Part shown: positions 1-13,914 of the stretch, piece by piece
Layout: each line of letters opens with the position of its first letter
Position numbering within the stretch: position 1 is the stretch's first letter
Origin: Octopus sinensis
Lineage: Eukaryota
Reading direction: 5' to 3'
Length of the DNA stretch: 64,000 nt
Assembly (NCBI RefSeq): GCF_006345805.1
Contig: NC_042998.1
Location: 93,372,001 to 93,436,000, forward strand
Notes under the pieces: model-generated
Databases searched by the model: none
What the model was told of the DNA's origin: nothing
Seen by the model: the letters and a program-made list of their open reading frames with translations, nothing else
Program-made: the position numbers and the translations under genes

Positions 1-40
1 CAAACATATGCACATACATACAATTTTTATACATATACAT

Positions 41-91
<51 letters not shown>

Positions 92-93
<2 letters not shown>

Positions 94-273
94 TCATCAT
101 CATCATCCGTTTAACGTCCGCTTTCCATGCTAGCATGGGTTGGACGGTTCGACTGGGGTCTGGGAAGCCAGAAGGCTGCACCAAGCCCAGTCTGATCTGG
201 GAGTGTTTCTACAACTGGATGCCCTTCCTAACGCCAACCACTCCATGAGTGTAGTGGGTGCTTTTTACGTGCC

Positions 274-275
<2 letters not shown>
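92..275 (-). mobile_element. RTE-clade LINE 3' end or RTE-dependent SINE, short copy with (ATG)n tail (duplicate at ~1858-2040)
   Basis: Minus strand reads GGTTGGCGTTAGGAAGGGCATCCAG, resembling the RTE/Rex3-type 3'UTR motif, and ends GGACGTTAAAC(GAT)n; both ends sit in (TA)n. Confidence 0.6.
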
Positions 276-315
<40 letters not shown>

Positions 316-512
316 GACAAGCAAATAAGTACACTGCCTTTGCCACATGCTTTAAGAAGATGAATGTCTCTAACTTAACTTAAAATTATCACAATAAATA
401 CGTGCTGAATTCGGACAAATAAATGAAAAAGATTCATGAAAAGGTTTAATTACTTATCAATTGATTTCCGGATTAAAGGAAAACTCCTTTTCCCTCCATC
501 ATATTATATATA

Positions 513-545
<33 letters not shown>

Positions 546-554
546 AATATATAT

Positions 555-948
555 CATCATCATCATCATCATCGTTTAATGTCCGTTCTCCATGCTAACA
601 TGGGTTGGATAGTTCTACCAGGGTCTGGGAAGCCAGGAGGCTGCGCCAGGCTCCAGTCTGATCTGGCAGTGTTTCTACAGCTGGATGCCCTTCCTAACGC
701 CAACCACTCCGTGAGTGTAGTGGGTGCTCTTTTCATGCCACCAGCACAGGTGCCAGGCGAGGCTAGCAACGGCTACAATCGGTTAGTGCTTTTTATGTGC
801 CACCGGCACAGAAGCCAGTCAAGGCGACGCTGGCATCGGCCACGTTCGGGTGGTACTTTTTACATGCCACTGGCACAGGTATCACAACTACAATTTCCAT
901 TTGATTTTTTGATGTTGATGTACTTGACTCAATAGGTCTCCTCAAGCA
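555..948 (-). mobile_element. RTE-clade LINE 3' end or RTE-dependent SINE, longer copy (duplicate at ~2319-2713)
   Basis: Same motif and (GAT)n tail as 92-275; carries three internal copies of a GTGCTTTTTAYGTGCCACYGGCACAG-like unit. Confidence 0.6.
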
Positions 949-957
949 TATATATAT

Positions 958-1122
958 ATGAAAGCTTCTTTCAGTTTCTGTCCACCAAATCCACTCACAA
1001 GGATTTGATTGACCTGAGACTATAGAAGAAGGCACTTGCCCGAGGTACCACACAGTAGGACTGAACCTGGAGCCATGTGGTTGGGAAGCAAGCCTCTCAT
1101 CACATAGCCATGTCTGTGCCTA
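958..1122 (-). mobile_element. tRNA-derived SINE 5' part with CORE-like segment (duplicate at ~2723-2887)
   Basis: Reverse complement matches the head of the full copy at 36835-37240 (GGCTRTGTGGTAAG...GGTTCAGTCC...ACCTTGGGCAAGTG). Confidence 0.8.
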
Positions 1123-1821
1123 TAGGTGAGAATTGCTGTGAATTTGTGATGAAACTTATTCTTGATACAAAAAAGCATTTCAGACAGATCCAACTTAGCT
1201 TTGAGTCTTTCAGATGAGATGATGGGTGGGGTGGGATGAATCAAGATATATGGAAAGATACTGCATTGTAAACTAATCCAGCTAATGTAGAGAAGGGTCA
1301 AGAAACTGAGGTCAAAAACAGTGTTGGTAATGACAGGAAAAATCTAATATAAATATTTACTTCACTTCAAAAGTGACAAAATGAGGAAAAGCTTGAGTGA
1401 GAGAAAAAAGCATAGAGAGAATATGGAAGATGAAGGAAAGGAAAGAGAATGGACAAAGAGAGCATGAGGAGAAATGTGATACAGGATGAAATGATTAAGA
1501 GAAATAGAATGACAGAAGAGATTAACTTAAAGGTCCAGTTAGCGGGAGAGAATTTATCCATTGTTATCAGTGACACATTCCATTTACTCTTAGTAAAAAT
1601 GAAGGATATATAGCAATAACAACATAATCCAATATATAGATTACTATACACCCCCCCCCCCGTATGTATATATCATTTCCATTATATATACATATATATG
1701 TGTATATATATATATATATACGAGTATATATATATATATACATATACTCATATATATACACACACACAAACATATGCACATACATACAATTTTTATACAT
1801 ATACATACAATATATATATAT

Positions 1822-1858
<37 letters not shown>

Positions 1859-2052
1859 CATCATCATCATCATCGTTTAACGTCCGCTTTCCATGCTAGC
1901 ATGGGTTGGACGGTTCGACTGGGGTCTGGGAAGCCAGAAGGCTGCACCAAGCCCAGTTGATCTGGGAGTGTTTCTACAACTGGATGCCCTTCCTAACGCC
2001 AACCACTCCATGAGTGTAGTGGGTGCTTTTTACGTGCCATATATAAATATAT

Positions 2053-2085
<33 letters not shown>

Positions 2086-2274
2086 TCAAGACAAGCAAAT
2101 AAGTACACTGCCTTTGCCACATGCTTTAAGAAGATGAATGTCTCTAACTTAACTTAAAATTATCACAATAAATACGTGCTGAATTCGGACAAATAAATGA
2201 AAAAGATTCATGAAAAGGTTTAATTACTTATCAATTGATTTCCGGATTAAAGGAAAACTCCTTTTCCCTCCATC

Positions 2275-2314
<40 letters not shown>

Positions 2315-3488
2315 TATATCATCATCATCATCATCATCGTTTAATGTCCGTTCTCCATGCTAACATGGGTTGGATAGTTCTACCAGGGTCTGGGAAGCCA
2401 GGAGGCTGCGCCAGGCTCCAGTCTGATCTGGCAGTGTTTCTACAGCTGGATGCCCTTCCTAACGCCAACCACTCCGTGAGTGTAGTGGGTGCTCTTTTCA
2501 TGCCACCAGCACAGGTGCCAGGCGAGGCTAGCAACGGCTACAATCGGTTAGTGCTTTTTATGTGCCACCGGCACAGAAGCCAGTCAAGGCGACGCTGGCA
2601 TCGGCCACGTTCGGGTGGTACTTTTTACATGCCACTGGCACAGGTATCACAACTACAATTTCCATTTGATTTTTTGATGTTGATGTACTTGACTCAATAG
2701 GTCTCCTCAAGCATATATATATATGAAAGCTTCTTTCAGTTTCTGTCCACCAAATCCACTCACAAGGATTTGATTGACCTGAGACTATAGAAGAAGGCAC
2801 TTGCCCGAGGTACCACACAGTAGGACTGAACCTGGAGCCATGTGGTTGGGAAGCAAGCCTCTCATCACATAGCCATGTCTGTGCCTATAGGTGAGAATTG
2901 CTGTGAATTTGTGATGAAACTTATTCTTGATACAAAAAAGCATTTCAGACAGATCCAACTTAGCTTTGAGTCTTTCAGATGAGATGATGGGTGGGGTGGG
3001 ATGAATCAAGATATATGGAAAGATACTGCATTGTAAACTAATCCAGCTAATGTAGAGAAGGGTCAAGAAACTGAGGTCAAAAACAGTGTTGGTAATGACA
3101 GGAAAAATCTAATATAAATATTTACTTCACTTCAAAAGTGACAAAATGAGGAAAAGCTTGAGTGAGAGAAAAAAGCATAGAGAGAATATGGAAGATGAAG
3201 GAAAGGAAAGAGAATGGACAAAGAGAGCATGAGGAGAAATGTGATACAGGATGAAATGATTAAGAGAAATAGAATGACAGAAGAGATTAACTTAAAGGTC
3301 CAGTTAGCGGGAGAGAATTTATCCATTGTTATCAGTGACACATTCCATTTACTCTTAGTAAAAATGAAGGATATATAGCAATAACAACATAATCCAATAT
3401 ATAGATTACTATACACCCCCCCCCCGTATGTATATATCATTTCCATTATATATACATATATATATATTTGTATATATGTATGTGAGTG

Positions 3489-3523
<35 letters not shown>

Positions 3524-4461
3524 TACACTCACACTCACACGCAAACAAACTAGCACATATATATGAAATGCACTAATAGACTGCAATGGAGTCAAACCTT
3601 TTTCGTGATCAAATAGTGACAAGACTTTTGACTGCTAAGGTGACACATGCATAGCATAGAAAAATGGAAATTAAAATAATGATGATGAGGAGGGCATCTT
3701 TCCCCACCCCACGAAAGGTGTTAATTAGCAAAGCGAGTGAAATAATTATGACTAAGATTTGATTGCAAATTTCTTCCTGAATCTCTGTGCCATCTTTTTC
3801 ATTACATGTGTGCATGCGTGTATGATCATCTTACGTCCACGTTTCTATACTGGCATGGATGGTACTAGTCATCACTGTCTAAGTCGACTTCTCTTCAAAA
3901 TTAGTGTTGTAACTCAGTCAAGGACTGCTTTCCCACATATGTTTCATTTTTGGCAGGGTTTCTACAGATGGAAACCATTCCCATCATCATCCATTTTACA
4001 AAGAGCACCGGGCGCTCTTCATTGCGTCACTAGCACTACAGAGATCGTCATCTTGTCATTAAGTCTTTTGCACCCTCCATAGCATCTATCTGTTCATTCG
4101 CCCGTACTTTTAGAGTAGTGAGTACATTTTATCTTGGCACCATCACCAGATTTTCTTTATCATGTAATCAATAAATCATTTTCTCTCTCATTTTTTCCCC
4201 TATATTTCCAGATTACATTAAGTAACCGTTGTGGTTTTCAGTCAGGTCTAAAGACAATTTAAAGCTACATTTCTAAGACCCTAGATAGAATACAAATCCA
4301 TACACGAAACCAATGGTAGCCTGCATGTCCATAGTTGTGCTGTGTACACTATAAGATAATTATTTTCGCTCTTCCGTGAAAATTGAGTTCTTTCACAGCT
4401 TTTTGACCCATATAGTGCCATTAACGCTCACAGTCACAAATGCACGCATATATACATATGG

Positions 4462-4625
4462 TGGAGGGACTCCGTCGTTCAACGAATAGAATTCAAATGG
4501 TTGATCAGCTGAATTACCTGCTCCTGAATAACGGCATAAGTGGCTGAGTATTCCACAGTCATGTGTATCCTTTATGTAATTCTCAGGAGATTCAACTTGA
4601 CAACGAGACTGTATCGTGTGAATTA
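4462..4625 (-). mobile_element. Degenerate SINE fragment, same family as 41230-41533
   Basis: Shares CTCCGTCG...CCTGCTCCTGAA...AAGTGGCTGAGT with 41230-41533. Confidence 0.55.
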
Positions 4626-4899
4626 CGAGTACAATCCACTGACTGACTTTTATGCAGTTTCTGTCTTCCTCAATTTCGTCTACAAATACGAGTCAATCCA
4701 AGGTCATTAAAATTTAAGCTTGTTGAAGTTGCCATGCAGTGGGACCGGACGTGGGGCCACATAGATACAAAAAGAACTTGTTAATGTGTATAGGCTAACG
4801 GGTAAAATCATTGTGGCTTTGAAAATCCTGCTGACGTTACGGAAGGTTTTCCATCATCACGACAAATTTAGAAGAGCTTGCAAAAACCCCTGAGTAGCC

Positions 4900-5231
4900 C
4901 CAGCAGTTTCTGCGTGGAAAAAATATCTCTGATGTTTATTTCACGTGTGTATGCGCAAAGCCCCATACATTGGACGATTTGAAGGAAACTATTCGTGTGG
5001 AAATCGCCCAGATCGACAGAGCAATATTGGAAAGAGTAGAGGCCAACTTCCAAGAACACTTTCAGAAATGCATCAATGAAAACGGACATTATATGATGGA
5101 TATTGTTTTCCACACTTGATTTTGACAAATGTTAATACGAACACATTGATGTTAATAAAATTTATTTGCAGCTAAAATTAATGATTTTGTGAATTTTTCA
5201 AAATCATCCGTCTTCTCTGCCCCACCCAGTA
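4900..5231 (+). mobile_element. Tc1/mariner-superfamily transposon 3' remnant (transposase C-terminus plus probable right TIR)
   Basis: Plus frame reads KPHTLDDLKETIRVEIAQIDRAILERVEANFQEHFQKCINENGHYMMDIVFHT*, a typical Tc1/mariner C-terminal pattern; ends ...CTGCCCCACCCAGTA followed by TA. Confidence 0.7.
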
Positions 5232-6374
5232 TAAAGCTATAAATAGTAGCATGTAAATATTGGATTGAAAAACCCTTTTGGATAGAAACAATCGAAGGCT
5301 TTCCATGAAAGATTCAATTCTTTCCCCCTCTCCACCATATTATATACATACGCACACATCATACATAGACACACTCATTCACATAGAATTATATTATATA
5401 TATGTGTGTGTGCGTAAATATATATACATAAGAGAGAGAGAGACGCATATACACATATTCATACATGTTTGCACACATACATAATGCTAGCACGTAAGTG
5501 GTGTTCAGTTTCCAAAACAGTTTTAAATGGATTAAACCCAACGATTTTAGCCATCATTGCATGTGTAAACTAATTGGAAACAATCATGTATATTAATTAA
5601 ATAATTAATTAATTTCATTAATTTTAAATTTAATTTTAGTTTTGATTAATTCTAATTAATCTATAACCATCTATTATATCTAATTAATTCGCGTTAGTCG
5701 ACATAATGAATGACGGCTTTTGACCTTTCATTTGTGCCATAGTTAACGTTCATATATACAAACGCATACACACACTCGTATTGAGACATATACGCACACA
5801 TATATACATTAGATGAAAGAAAATATGGCAGAATTGTAGAGCTTCGGATCAATAAATAACCTTTCGTTATTTGATCCCATCTTTTGAGGTTTGAGTTCAA
5901 GTGAGAGTAAGTTTTACTTTTCATTATTTTGTGGCCGATAAGGTATCAATCCATGACAGAATATTTTCGAACTTAGACTTTCATACGTAATGTCTTGCAG
6001 TATTTCTTCTGTTTTTTTTTTTTTTCGCGATTTGATGACAATTGACTTTCCCCTTCATATGAGCAACATTAATGACGCAGAGACTTGCCTGCCTAGACAA
6101 CTGATAGTCTTACTTAACGTAACAAAAAAAAAAGGAAAAGAAAAAATGCTTTGGAGAGAAACATTTCTGGCGCAGCTGCTCAGACTTTCTGCATCATATC
6201 TAATCAATTTTGGATTGCCTTCTTGGCAAAGACAGTACACGTTTGTGGGGAATACACAGCGACTGTGTATTGGGAATACACAGATACGTTGATACAATGA
6301 GCAGGTAATTCAGTTGACTGAACAACTGAATCTGCATCTCGAAACCCCACCGAGATCCATCTATGCGACCTGTA

Positions 6375-6471
6375 TCTTATCTTTTACTTATTTCAGTCAT
6401 TGGACTGCGGCCATGCTGGGGCACCGCATTGAAGTGTTTAGTCGAGCAAATCGACCCCAGTACTTTTTTTC

Positions 6472-6514
<43 letters not shown>

Positions 6515-6669
6515 ATTTATATGAAACAGGCTTCTTTCATCGTCTACCAAATTCATTCACCATGCTTTGGTCGGCCCGGGACTATAGTAGAAGACACTTG
6601 CCTAAGGTTCCACCCTCTGGCTCTGAACCAGGAACCACGTAGTTAGGAAACAGGACTCTTACCACACAG

Positions 6670-6672
<3 letters not shown>
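6375..6672 (-). mobile_element. tRNA-derived SINE pieces: LINE-like tail 6375-6470, (CA)n, head 6525-6672
   Basis: Tail GGTGCCCCAGCATGGCCGCAGTCCAATGACTGAAATAAGTAAAAG on the minus strand; head matches the 36835 family. Confidence 0.8.
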
Positions 6673-6716
<44 letters not shown>

Positions 6717-7276
6717 TGTGCGTATATGTGTGTGTGTGTGTGTGCGTGTGTGTGTGCGTGTGTGTGTGTGTGCGTGTGTGTGATGTATCATATATCAACT
6801 TGCCGCATTAGTTTTCTTTCTGGGCCGGACTGTAAAAGAATGTGGTGCGACTCTACTTCGTCCCGAATAACCTCTGAAGTTAATAAGATATTAATAGCAT
6901 CTTGTTACAACCGGATGGCTATTTAGCAGAGAGTGACGGGTTGTGAAAGGGAATGAATGAGATCGGAGAGGGAAGAGCCAGTAGGAAAGGAAAAATTCCT
7001 GTTCTAATTTAAACATTTTTTCCTTCCTTCTTTTAAACTGTAAACGATACCAAGCAAATGTATTATATGTATCACTGAAATATAAACCTCTTATTGAAAT
7101 TAATAAATGCAAAGACATTATTTATCCATATTTTGTCAATAGATATTCGTTACAGAACTGACTGCATGGATAACAGAATAATTAAAACTGGAGATGTCTT
7201 TGAAGTTACATTCAGTTGTGCCCCAGACCTTGTTAGCGGTTGAGTAGACATAATTATCTGAACACTGGGTCAGTGT

Positions 7277-7320
<44 letters not shown>

Positions 7321-7379
7321 GTATATATATACGCACACTAATATGTGCGTATGTTTGTATTAATGTTTTTTTAATGGAA

Positions 7380-7984
7380 TTATAATAAATATAAATTTTG
7401 CATTAAACTGAAGGACTATTCAATGCTTTTTGTAGATTACATATTTATTATACTTTTACAAGAGCGGTGACAGTGACTTCGAAGTTTGTGCCTGCTAGCC
7501 TTCTTCATTGGTCATATATACGTATATATGTTACTGTTCAGTTGTATTTCAAGATTTCTTGCCAACAGAGAAAGAGCCGGATTCCACCTTCGATCCAAGG
7601 CTCCTTCTTTGGAATTTCAAGATCAACAACAGGGTATTTTTGTATGTATGTATGTATGTATGTATGTATGTATGTATGTATGTATGTATGTATGTATGTA
7701 TGTAGATTTGTATGTATTCTATCTAGACATGCTCATATATATTTAAATGAAAGTTTTACAAATTTTTCATTTCCAAGGTTGGATTGGATCTGTAGTCTTC
7801 GAGTTAGCTTTCTCCTTTCTGGTTTTGAGAAGCCTAATTTCTCAAGATTGGTAATTAGGCAGTGTGTTACATATCGCAGTACTCCAATAGTTACAGTTAT
7901 AAACCTGAACTTATAATCTGGATAGAGTAACTGCAAATTTCTCAATAGTTCAGCATAGGTGTTCTCTTTTTCACTGATCTTCAG

Positions 7985-7985
<1 letters not shown>
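7380..7985 (-). mobile_element. 5'-truncated RLE-type (R2/R4/NeSL group) non-LTR retrotransposon 3' end, interrupted by (ATGT)n at ~7643-7705
   Basis: ORF 7733-8125 segment LKISEKENTYAELLRNLQLLYPDYKFRFITVTIGVLRY resembles the C-terminal K..KY..L...L and P.viG.lG motifs of the restriction-like endonuclease; upstream part of that ORF is microsatellite. Confidence 0.55.
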
Positions 7986-8023
<38 letters not shown>

Positions 8024-8824
8024 TGCTTGCTTGCTTGTTTGCTTGCATGCATGCATGCATGTATGTATGCATGCATGTATGCATGTATGTATCTTTGTAT
8101 GTATGTGTGTGTGCATCTTGCACATTTTATATTTTGTTTAATTGTGCGTGTAATCTGTAAATTTTATATATTGCATAATTGTGCGCGTACATTGTATATG
8201 TAATAGGCTTAAGTTTCACACTATTCCATATGCAAGTAGCTACGCCTGCTTATCAAAAAATATAGTACGATATTCTGACTCCCCCGACAAAGTAAATATA
8301 AGTCCAATATCATTTTCAAAGAGCATCGAAGAAACTTTGCTTCCCCTAATATGTCTAACAATGTCAAACTATGTTTTATCTATAAACAAATATTTCAAAG
8401 ATCGTGAAACTACAAATACCTGGAGAAATATCATCTAAAAATCGAAATTTCAATTACTGCGATAATATCGAGATACTGTGAGATAATGATTTCATATTTC
8501 CATAACTGCTCTCAGTTTCTCTTCTCTATCCCAAATCATTATATTAGGCCTGTTGTTCTTACATATATATATATTTCAATTATATATAAATTTCAGCTAT
8601 ATATATATATATGTGTGTGTATGTATGTATGTATGTATGTATGTATGTATGTATGTATGTATGTATGCATGCATGCATGCATGTATGTATGTATGTATGC
8701 ATGTATGTATGTATGTATACAATGATATATAATTATAACATCCAAGGATCTAGTTGTAGGAAGTTAGTAAGCAGTCCGTGGTGAGTATAAAAGAACAACT
8801 TTCCGGAACAATAATAGTTTATTG

Positions 8825-8968
8825 GCATAAAAGGTTGTCTACCAAATCCATTCACAAAGTTTAGGTCGGCCCGAGGCTATTGTAGAAGACACTTGCCTAA
8901 GGTGCCAAGAAGTGGGACTGAACCCGGAACCATGTGGTTGGTAAGCACACAGCTACGCCTGCGCCTAT
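8825..8968 (-). mobile_element. tRNA-derived CORE-like SINE head fragment
   Basis: Matches the reverse complement of 36835-36990. Confidence 0.85.
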
Positions 8969-9353
8969 ATGCATTTACATACTTATTTAGGGACTCAGAC
9001 TAAACTTTTATTTGTTCTTATTTTCGTGAAATTCAAAAATATTTTATCTGGTACCTACAACCTTACAGACCAAATAACAATATTTATTCTTCAGACAAAA
9101 ACCAGAGTGAAATCAAATTAAAGACAATCGTTATCGGCAAATATTTAATAAAGTTTTTGCAGATTTGGATAATTTCTCTTTTGTTATGGTGCCCTGGACC
9201 AGATATTTTAAAGGAAATCAGGCTTGAACCTCCAGCTAGGGAGTTCAGGAAATTCGAGGAATGTGGAGTTAGCAATTAGTCACCACTATTCCTAGGTCTA
9301 CTCTGGACTGGGGTGGCAGAACCTGCTAAAGGTCCCAGTTTAGGTCGGATAGC

Positions 9354-9585
9354 AGGCGGCTAGCTGGCAAAAACGTTAGCACGCCGGGCGAAATGCTTAG
9401 CGGTATTTCGTCTGCGTTACGTTGTGAGTTCAAATTCTGCCGAGGTCGACTTTGCCTTTCATCCTTCGGGGTCGATAAATTAAGTACCAGTTACGCACTG
9501 GGGTCGATGTAATCGACTTAATACCTATGTCTGTCCTTGTTTGTCCCCTCTGTGTTTAGCCCCTTGTGGGTAATAAAAAAATAGG
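9354..9585 (+). mobile_element. tRNA-derived SINE, second family (GCCTTTCATCCTTCGGGGTCGATAAATTAAGTACC central domain), monomer
   Basis: Head GGCGGCTAGCTGGCA...GAGTTCAAATTC (B-box-like); same body as the multimers at 41569-42144 and 42775-43380. Confidence 0.85.
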
Positions 9586-11009
9586 TAGTCCTGAACCTAA
9601 AGGATGCTGGAGATGGTGGTGGGTTAGCTTGTAGACATGTGTCTGTAAGGAACTTGTTTGAAACATCTTTCCAGTAAAATGATATTTTGGGGATTCAATC
9701 AGAGAAATTATTATTGAACGAGAAAGAATTTTAGGCAATTTGGTTTGTGAGGTCGCTTCTTGGTAATAACTTTATTTTCGTTTTATATGAATTTTAACGG
9801 GAAAAAACAAAGGCAAATTTGTGAAGTTTTTCTTTTGTTAGGTCTTGTTATAGTTATTCTCAAGTTCACAATAAATAAATAAATAAATAAAAATAAACAT
9901 TATGCACTAGACCAATGTTTTTCCTTGCAGCAGGTCTATGAAGAACGAAAAGATGTGGACAAATTGTTCTGTTTAACAAGATTAAGATGTTTGAAAATCA
10001 TTTTAGACTTGTCTAATACCATGGAAACAAATTCTATTTTGTCTTTCATTTACAAGGAGTGATCAAAACTTTCATCAATTTTGTGCATGTGTGTAGAGAG
10101 AGAGAAAGAGAGAAGAGAGGAGGGGAGCGGGAAGCTGGAAATTCTTAGTTTGAGAATCATTGCACCTGGTAAACACGATTTTAAAATAGCGGTAACTGAA
10201 ATAATCCTTCGATTCGTGTCTGAAAAACTTTTCGTAAAGTTGAATAAGTTTATGTTCTGTGGTTTGACGCGAATGCTACTTCGATCAAAGCACTTCTTAA
10301 AGCAAAAACTGAAATACTTAGGTCAGCAGTGAGCAAGGATTTTGCTCAAAACGTCACAGCTTACGCTTCCCATTCTATGAGATACTCTATCTGCTTATGC
10401 TTACAGATGTCAAAGTCTGAAAACTCTTAGGATTTTCCCGTTGTTTTCTGATTTATTTACAGCTTACTCTGCCAATCTTCTATTCTTCTGAGCCTTCCCT
10501 TCAAGTACAGGGCAAAGGTAGTGAGACAGTTTCACTTGATAGAACAAATCCATACTCTAGGTTCAAGCTAAAACATTCTGTAAATTTTATTCGAGAAAAA
10601 ATTTGCTCTATTTCCTAAGATACGCACGATATCATGGTTGAATTTGATGGTGTCTAACGATTACATATAATCTCTTCTGAATTCAAGCATCACAGTTATC
10701 AAACATGGCTCTTAAGAATTGAATGCTTGTCAAACATGTCAATGACCTTAGTGTTAAGGATAGTTTCTTAATTGCCAAACGATTAGACAAGAGAAACAAT
10801 TTATATCCGCTTCCATATTTATTGACAATTGTATTTAGTAACTTGCTTGGATTAGAAGAGAAATTTTGCAGCAAACATTTATTTACATGTCAACATGTAA
10901 ATGACAATTCGCGCTAACAATTCCCCCGTGTAAATGACTATTCACACTAACAATTTCCCCAATTAATTTATAATTAACAATAACTTCAAATTTTGGTATA
11001 AGGCCAGTA

Positions 11010-11200
11010 ATTTTAGGTGATGGGGTGGGAGTGGTCGATTGCATCAATTCCAGCGCTCAACTGGCACTTGCTTTATCGACCCTGTAAAGACGAAAAACAA
11101 AGCCGACCACTGTAGAATTTGCACTCAAAACGGAAAAAGCCGGAAGAAATACCGCTGAGTATTTTGTTCAACGCACTATCGATTCTACCTGATCGCAACC
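11010..11200 (-). mobile_element. Degenerate copy of the second SINE family
   Basis: CAACTGGCACTTGCTTTATCGACCC...GAATTTGCACTCAAAACG is the reverse complement of the family body. Confidence 0.65.
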
Positions 11201-12669
11201 TTATTAACAATGAAAAGCAAGTCGTTATTGTTGCCGTCGTTGTTTACCGAAAGTTAGTCCTCAAGGAACAGACTGATGATCAGAGAGTCCGAATCGCACC
11301 CATTAAATCACAGTTTTGTTCTAAGTTTTGGGATTTTTTCAAGCACAACTTATAAGAACTATTTTATCTATTACATCATTCTTTTCTAAGACTGTAGGTT
11401 GTGATTTGAGGGAGATTTAGCTTGTTTTGCTCCACACAAATGACCGCATTGAGGAGCCCCTCCATGAAAACTGTATTGCACCAGTGTTAAATTCCTCTCT
11501 GATAGGAGTTTGCGCCTGAGAACCTACAATTTCACAAAAGTAAAAATTTACATTCTACGAGTAATAGTACTTCAGATCTTCCTTCATCTGTACTTTAAGA
11601 GTCAGAGATTCCGATTACAGCAAAGAGAATATTGGTTCTAAATTTTTCCTACATTTCTTAGAATACTCTTCACAATCATTCGCCAAATCTTTCACAAAAC
11701 ACATCCTATCGTCACCGAAAATGAAGGATATTTAATAGCGTAGTCCGACATACGTTACGTTTGCAGAAAAAGAGAAAAGAATGGTCACAGCTGTTACAAT
11801 GTTTGATCACATATCTGAATTAGGACCGAACTAGGACGACAACAACCGCTACCACCACCACCTCTAACATTAGCATCATCAACAATTATTACTTTTTAAT
11901 GTGATGGATATACGAAGAGGATGTTCTATTTATTCCAGACATCCGTTAATTTACGGTATAGTCGACTGTTACTCTCAAGTGAGTGTGGTAGGGTAAAAAA
12001 TGCGTCACGCATTTACTAATTGTTTTAGGAGCTCATGTAGTCGCAAGTTTAGACATTCTCTTCAACCTGTTCATTCTTGACTAAGCGATACGTCCAGGAT
12101 ATCATAGCTAGAGAGAGAGAGAGAGAGCTGACGTGCACTTGGTTGATATTTACAGTTAAGATTTAAGTAAACTAGAGTAAGATGAACTAGTAACCGCAGA
12201 ATGTGTAAACCAATCTAGGAATTGAACCCACAACGTCATGATCATGAAATGACATCCCAAACCACTTGGCCACGCGCATTCACCCCTATTAATTTATTAT
12301 ATAACACAACCCTACAAGAAGACGTAGAATTAGAATGGGCAAGGTATATATAAACACAACTATTATATTAAGTCGGAATAAATTTTTCGAACTAAACGAA
12401 TCATTCCGTATTCTGATATAAAGTAAATAAATTATGGGCTTCTATGGAATGATATAATTCATGGCCATATTGTGGTCTGACTCACGCACTTTTGTCTTCT
12501 GTGATAATTCAATTCACATTTAGGGTACATTAATGGAATAAGGACACAATTCCAGGACTTAACTGGTCTTTTTATTTTTTCAAACATTTCCATTGAAATT
12601 TATTCTAAGCACAGTGTTATTTTGATGACAGCCAATGAGTTAATTGTGTTTAATATTTTAACTTGAATT

Positions 12670-12746
12670 TCAAATTCTACCAGACTCGACTTTTAGTTTC
12701 ATCCTTTCGGGGTCGATAAAAAAGTACCAGCTGAATACTGGAGTTA

Positions 12747-12797
<51 letters not shown>

Positions 12798-12863
12798 AGC
12801 ATGTATACACACTCACACACAAATACATATATATATATATATATATACATATTCCAAGTTATA

Positions 12864-12916
<53 letters not shown>

Positions 12917-13230
12917 ATATATATATATATATATACGACGGATTTCTTTCAGTTTCCATCTATCAAATCCATTCACAAGGCTTTGGTCATCCCGCGGCTA
13001 TAGTAGAAGACACTTAGCCAAGGTGCCACGCAGTGGTACAGAGCCGGAACCATGTGGTTGAGAAGCAGCTTCTTACTACACAGCCACTTCTGCGCATATG
13101 TGTGTGTGTGTGTGTGTGTGAGTGTGTGCATATATTATGTATATAATACATATATCTTTATGTGTATATGTATGTATACATTCTTTTATTTCAGTCATTT
13201 GAGTGCGGCCATGCTGAAGCACCATACATA
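12670..13230 (-). mobile_element. SINE fragments interleaved with microsatellites (head 12935-13090, tail 13180-13230, central-domain piece 12680-12750 on plus)
   Basis: Direct similarity to the other SINE copies in the window. Confidence 0.7.
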
Positions 13231-13270
13231 CATACGTACATACATACACGCACACACACACACACACACA

Positions 13271-13302
<32 letters not shown>

Positions 13303-13914
13303 GCACACATAAATAGTCTCTCTCTCACGTGCGCATACGCATATATTTTGCAAATTAACTGAGTCCTTGAACTAATCACTTAATTATACAGCGGGAACAT
13401 GCATAGTAGCTTATTTAGGAATTTAATCAAATAAATTAGCACTGTATACAAAGGATGCTGTGATATTCTCTCACTCTTTGACGGAAATCGGAGAGCAGTA
13501 ATTGTCATAGGAAACTTCATATCATATGTATAAAAGACTATCAAGATAATTAAATGTCTGTAATATATATTGTTGTTAACAAAAGCGACTATGATTTCAA
13601 ATTTAACTTTCGTCTTCTGTCATTTTGTATAACCCAAAGAAGAGAAAGTTAGACAGAGAGAGACACGAGAGAGATGGAGAAGGTAGGGAGAAGGCGTGAG
13701 GTAGGGAGAGAGAAAGAAAATGTAATTGATTGTAACATCCAAAGGTTACTTTATCTGTCATATTCAATAATTGCTAGTTTCAATAAAATTGTAATAAAAT
13801 TGCACAAAAAATAGTGGGTGTGGAGGGGAGCGTACGTTTTCGCTATAATTTATATCATAACATCAAAACACTGTCATCGTACTTGATAATATTATCCATG
13901 GTCGTAAGTCGATG

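Larger units (their letters stand above)
1..3478. repeat. Near-identical direct tandem duplication, unit about 1766 bp (copy 1: 1-1766; copy 2: 1767-~3478)
   Basis: CAAACATATGCACATACATAC occurs at 1 and 1767; all ORFs recur at +1765 with identical translations; differences are microsatellite lengths and single-base indels. Confidence 0.95.

Noticed and set aside
140-3066. ORFs of 60-118 aa repeated in the tandem duplication
   Set aside because: They lie across RTE-type and SINE repeats, mostly antisense, and show no protein motifs.
10683-10917. Overlapping 63-64-aa ORFs in apparently unique DNA (also 34328-34519, 47897-48193)
   Set aside because: No recognisable motif; lengths are expected by chance.
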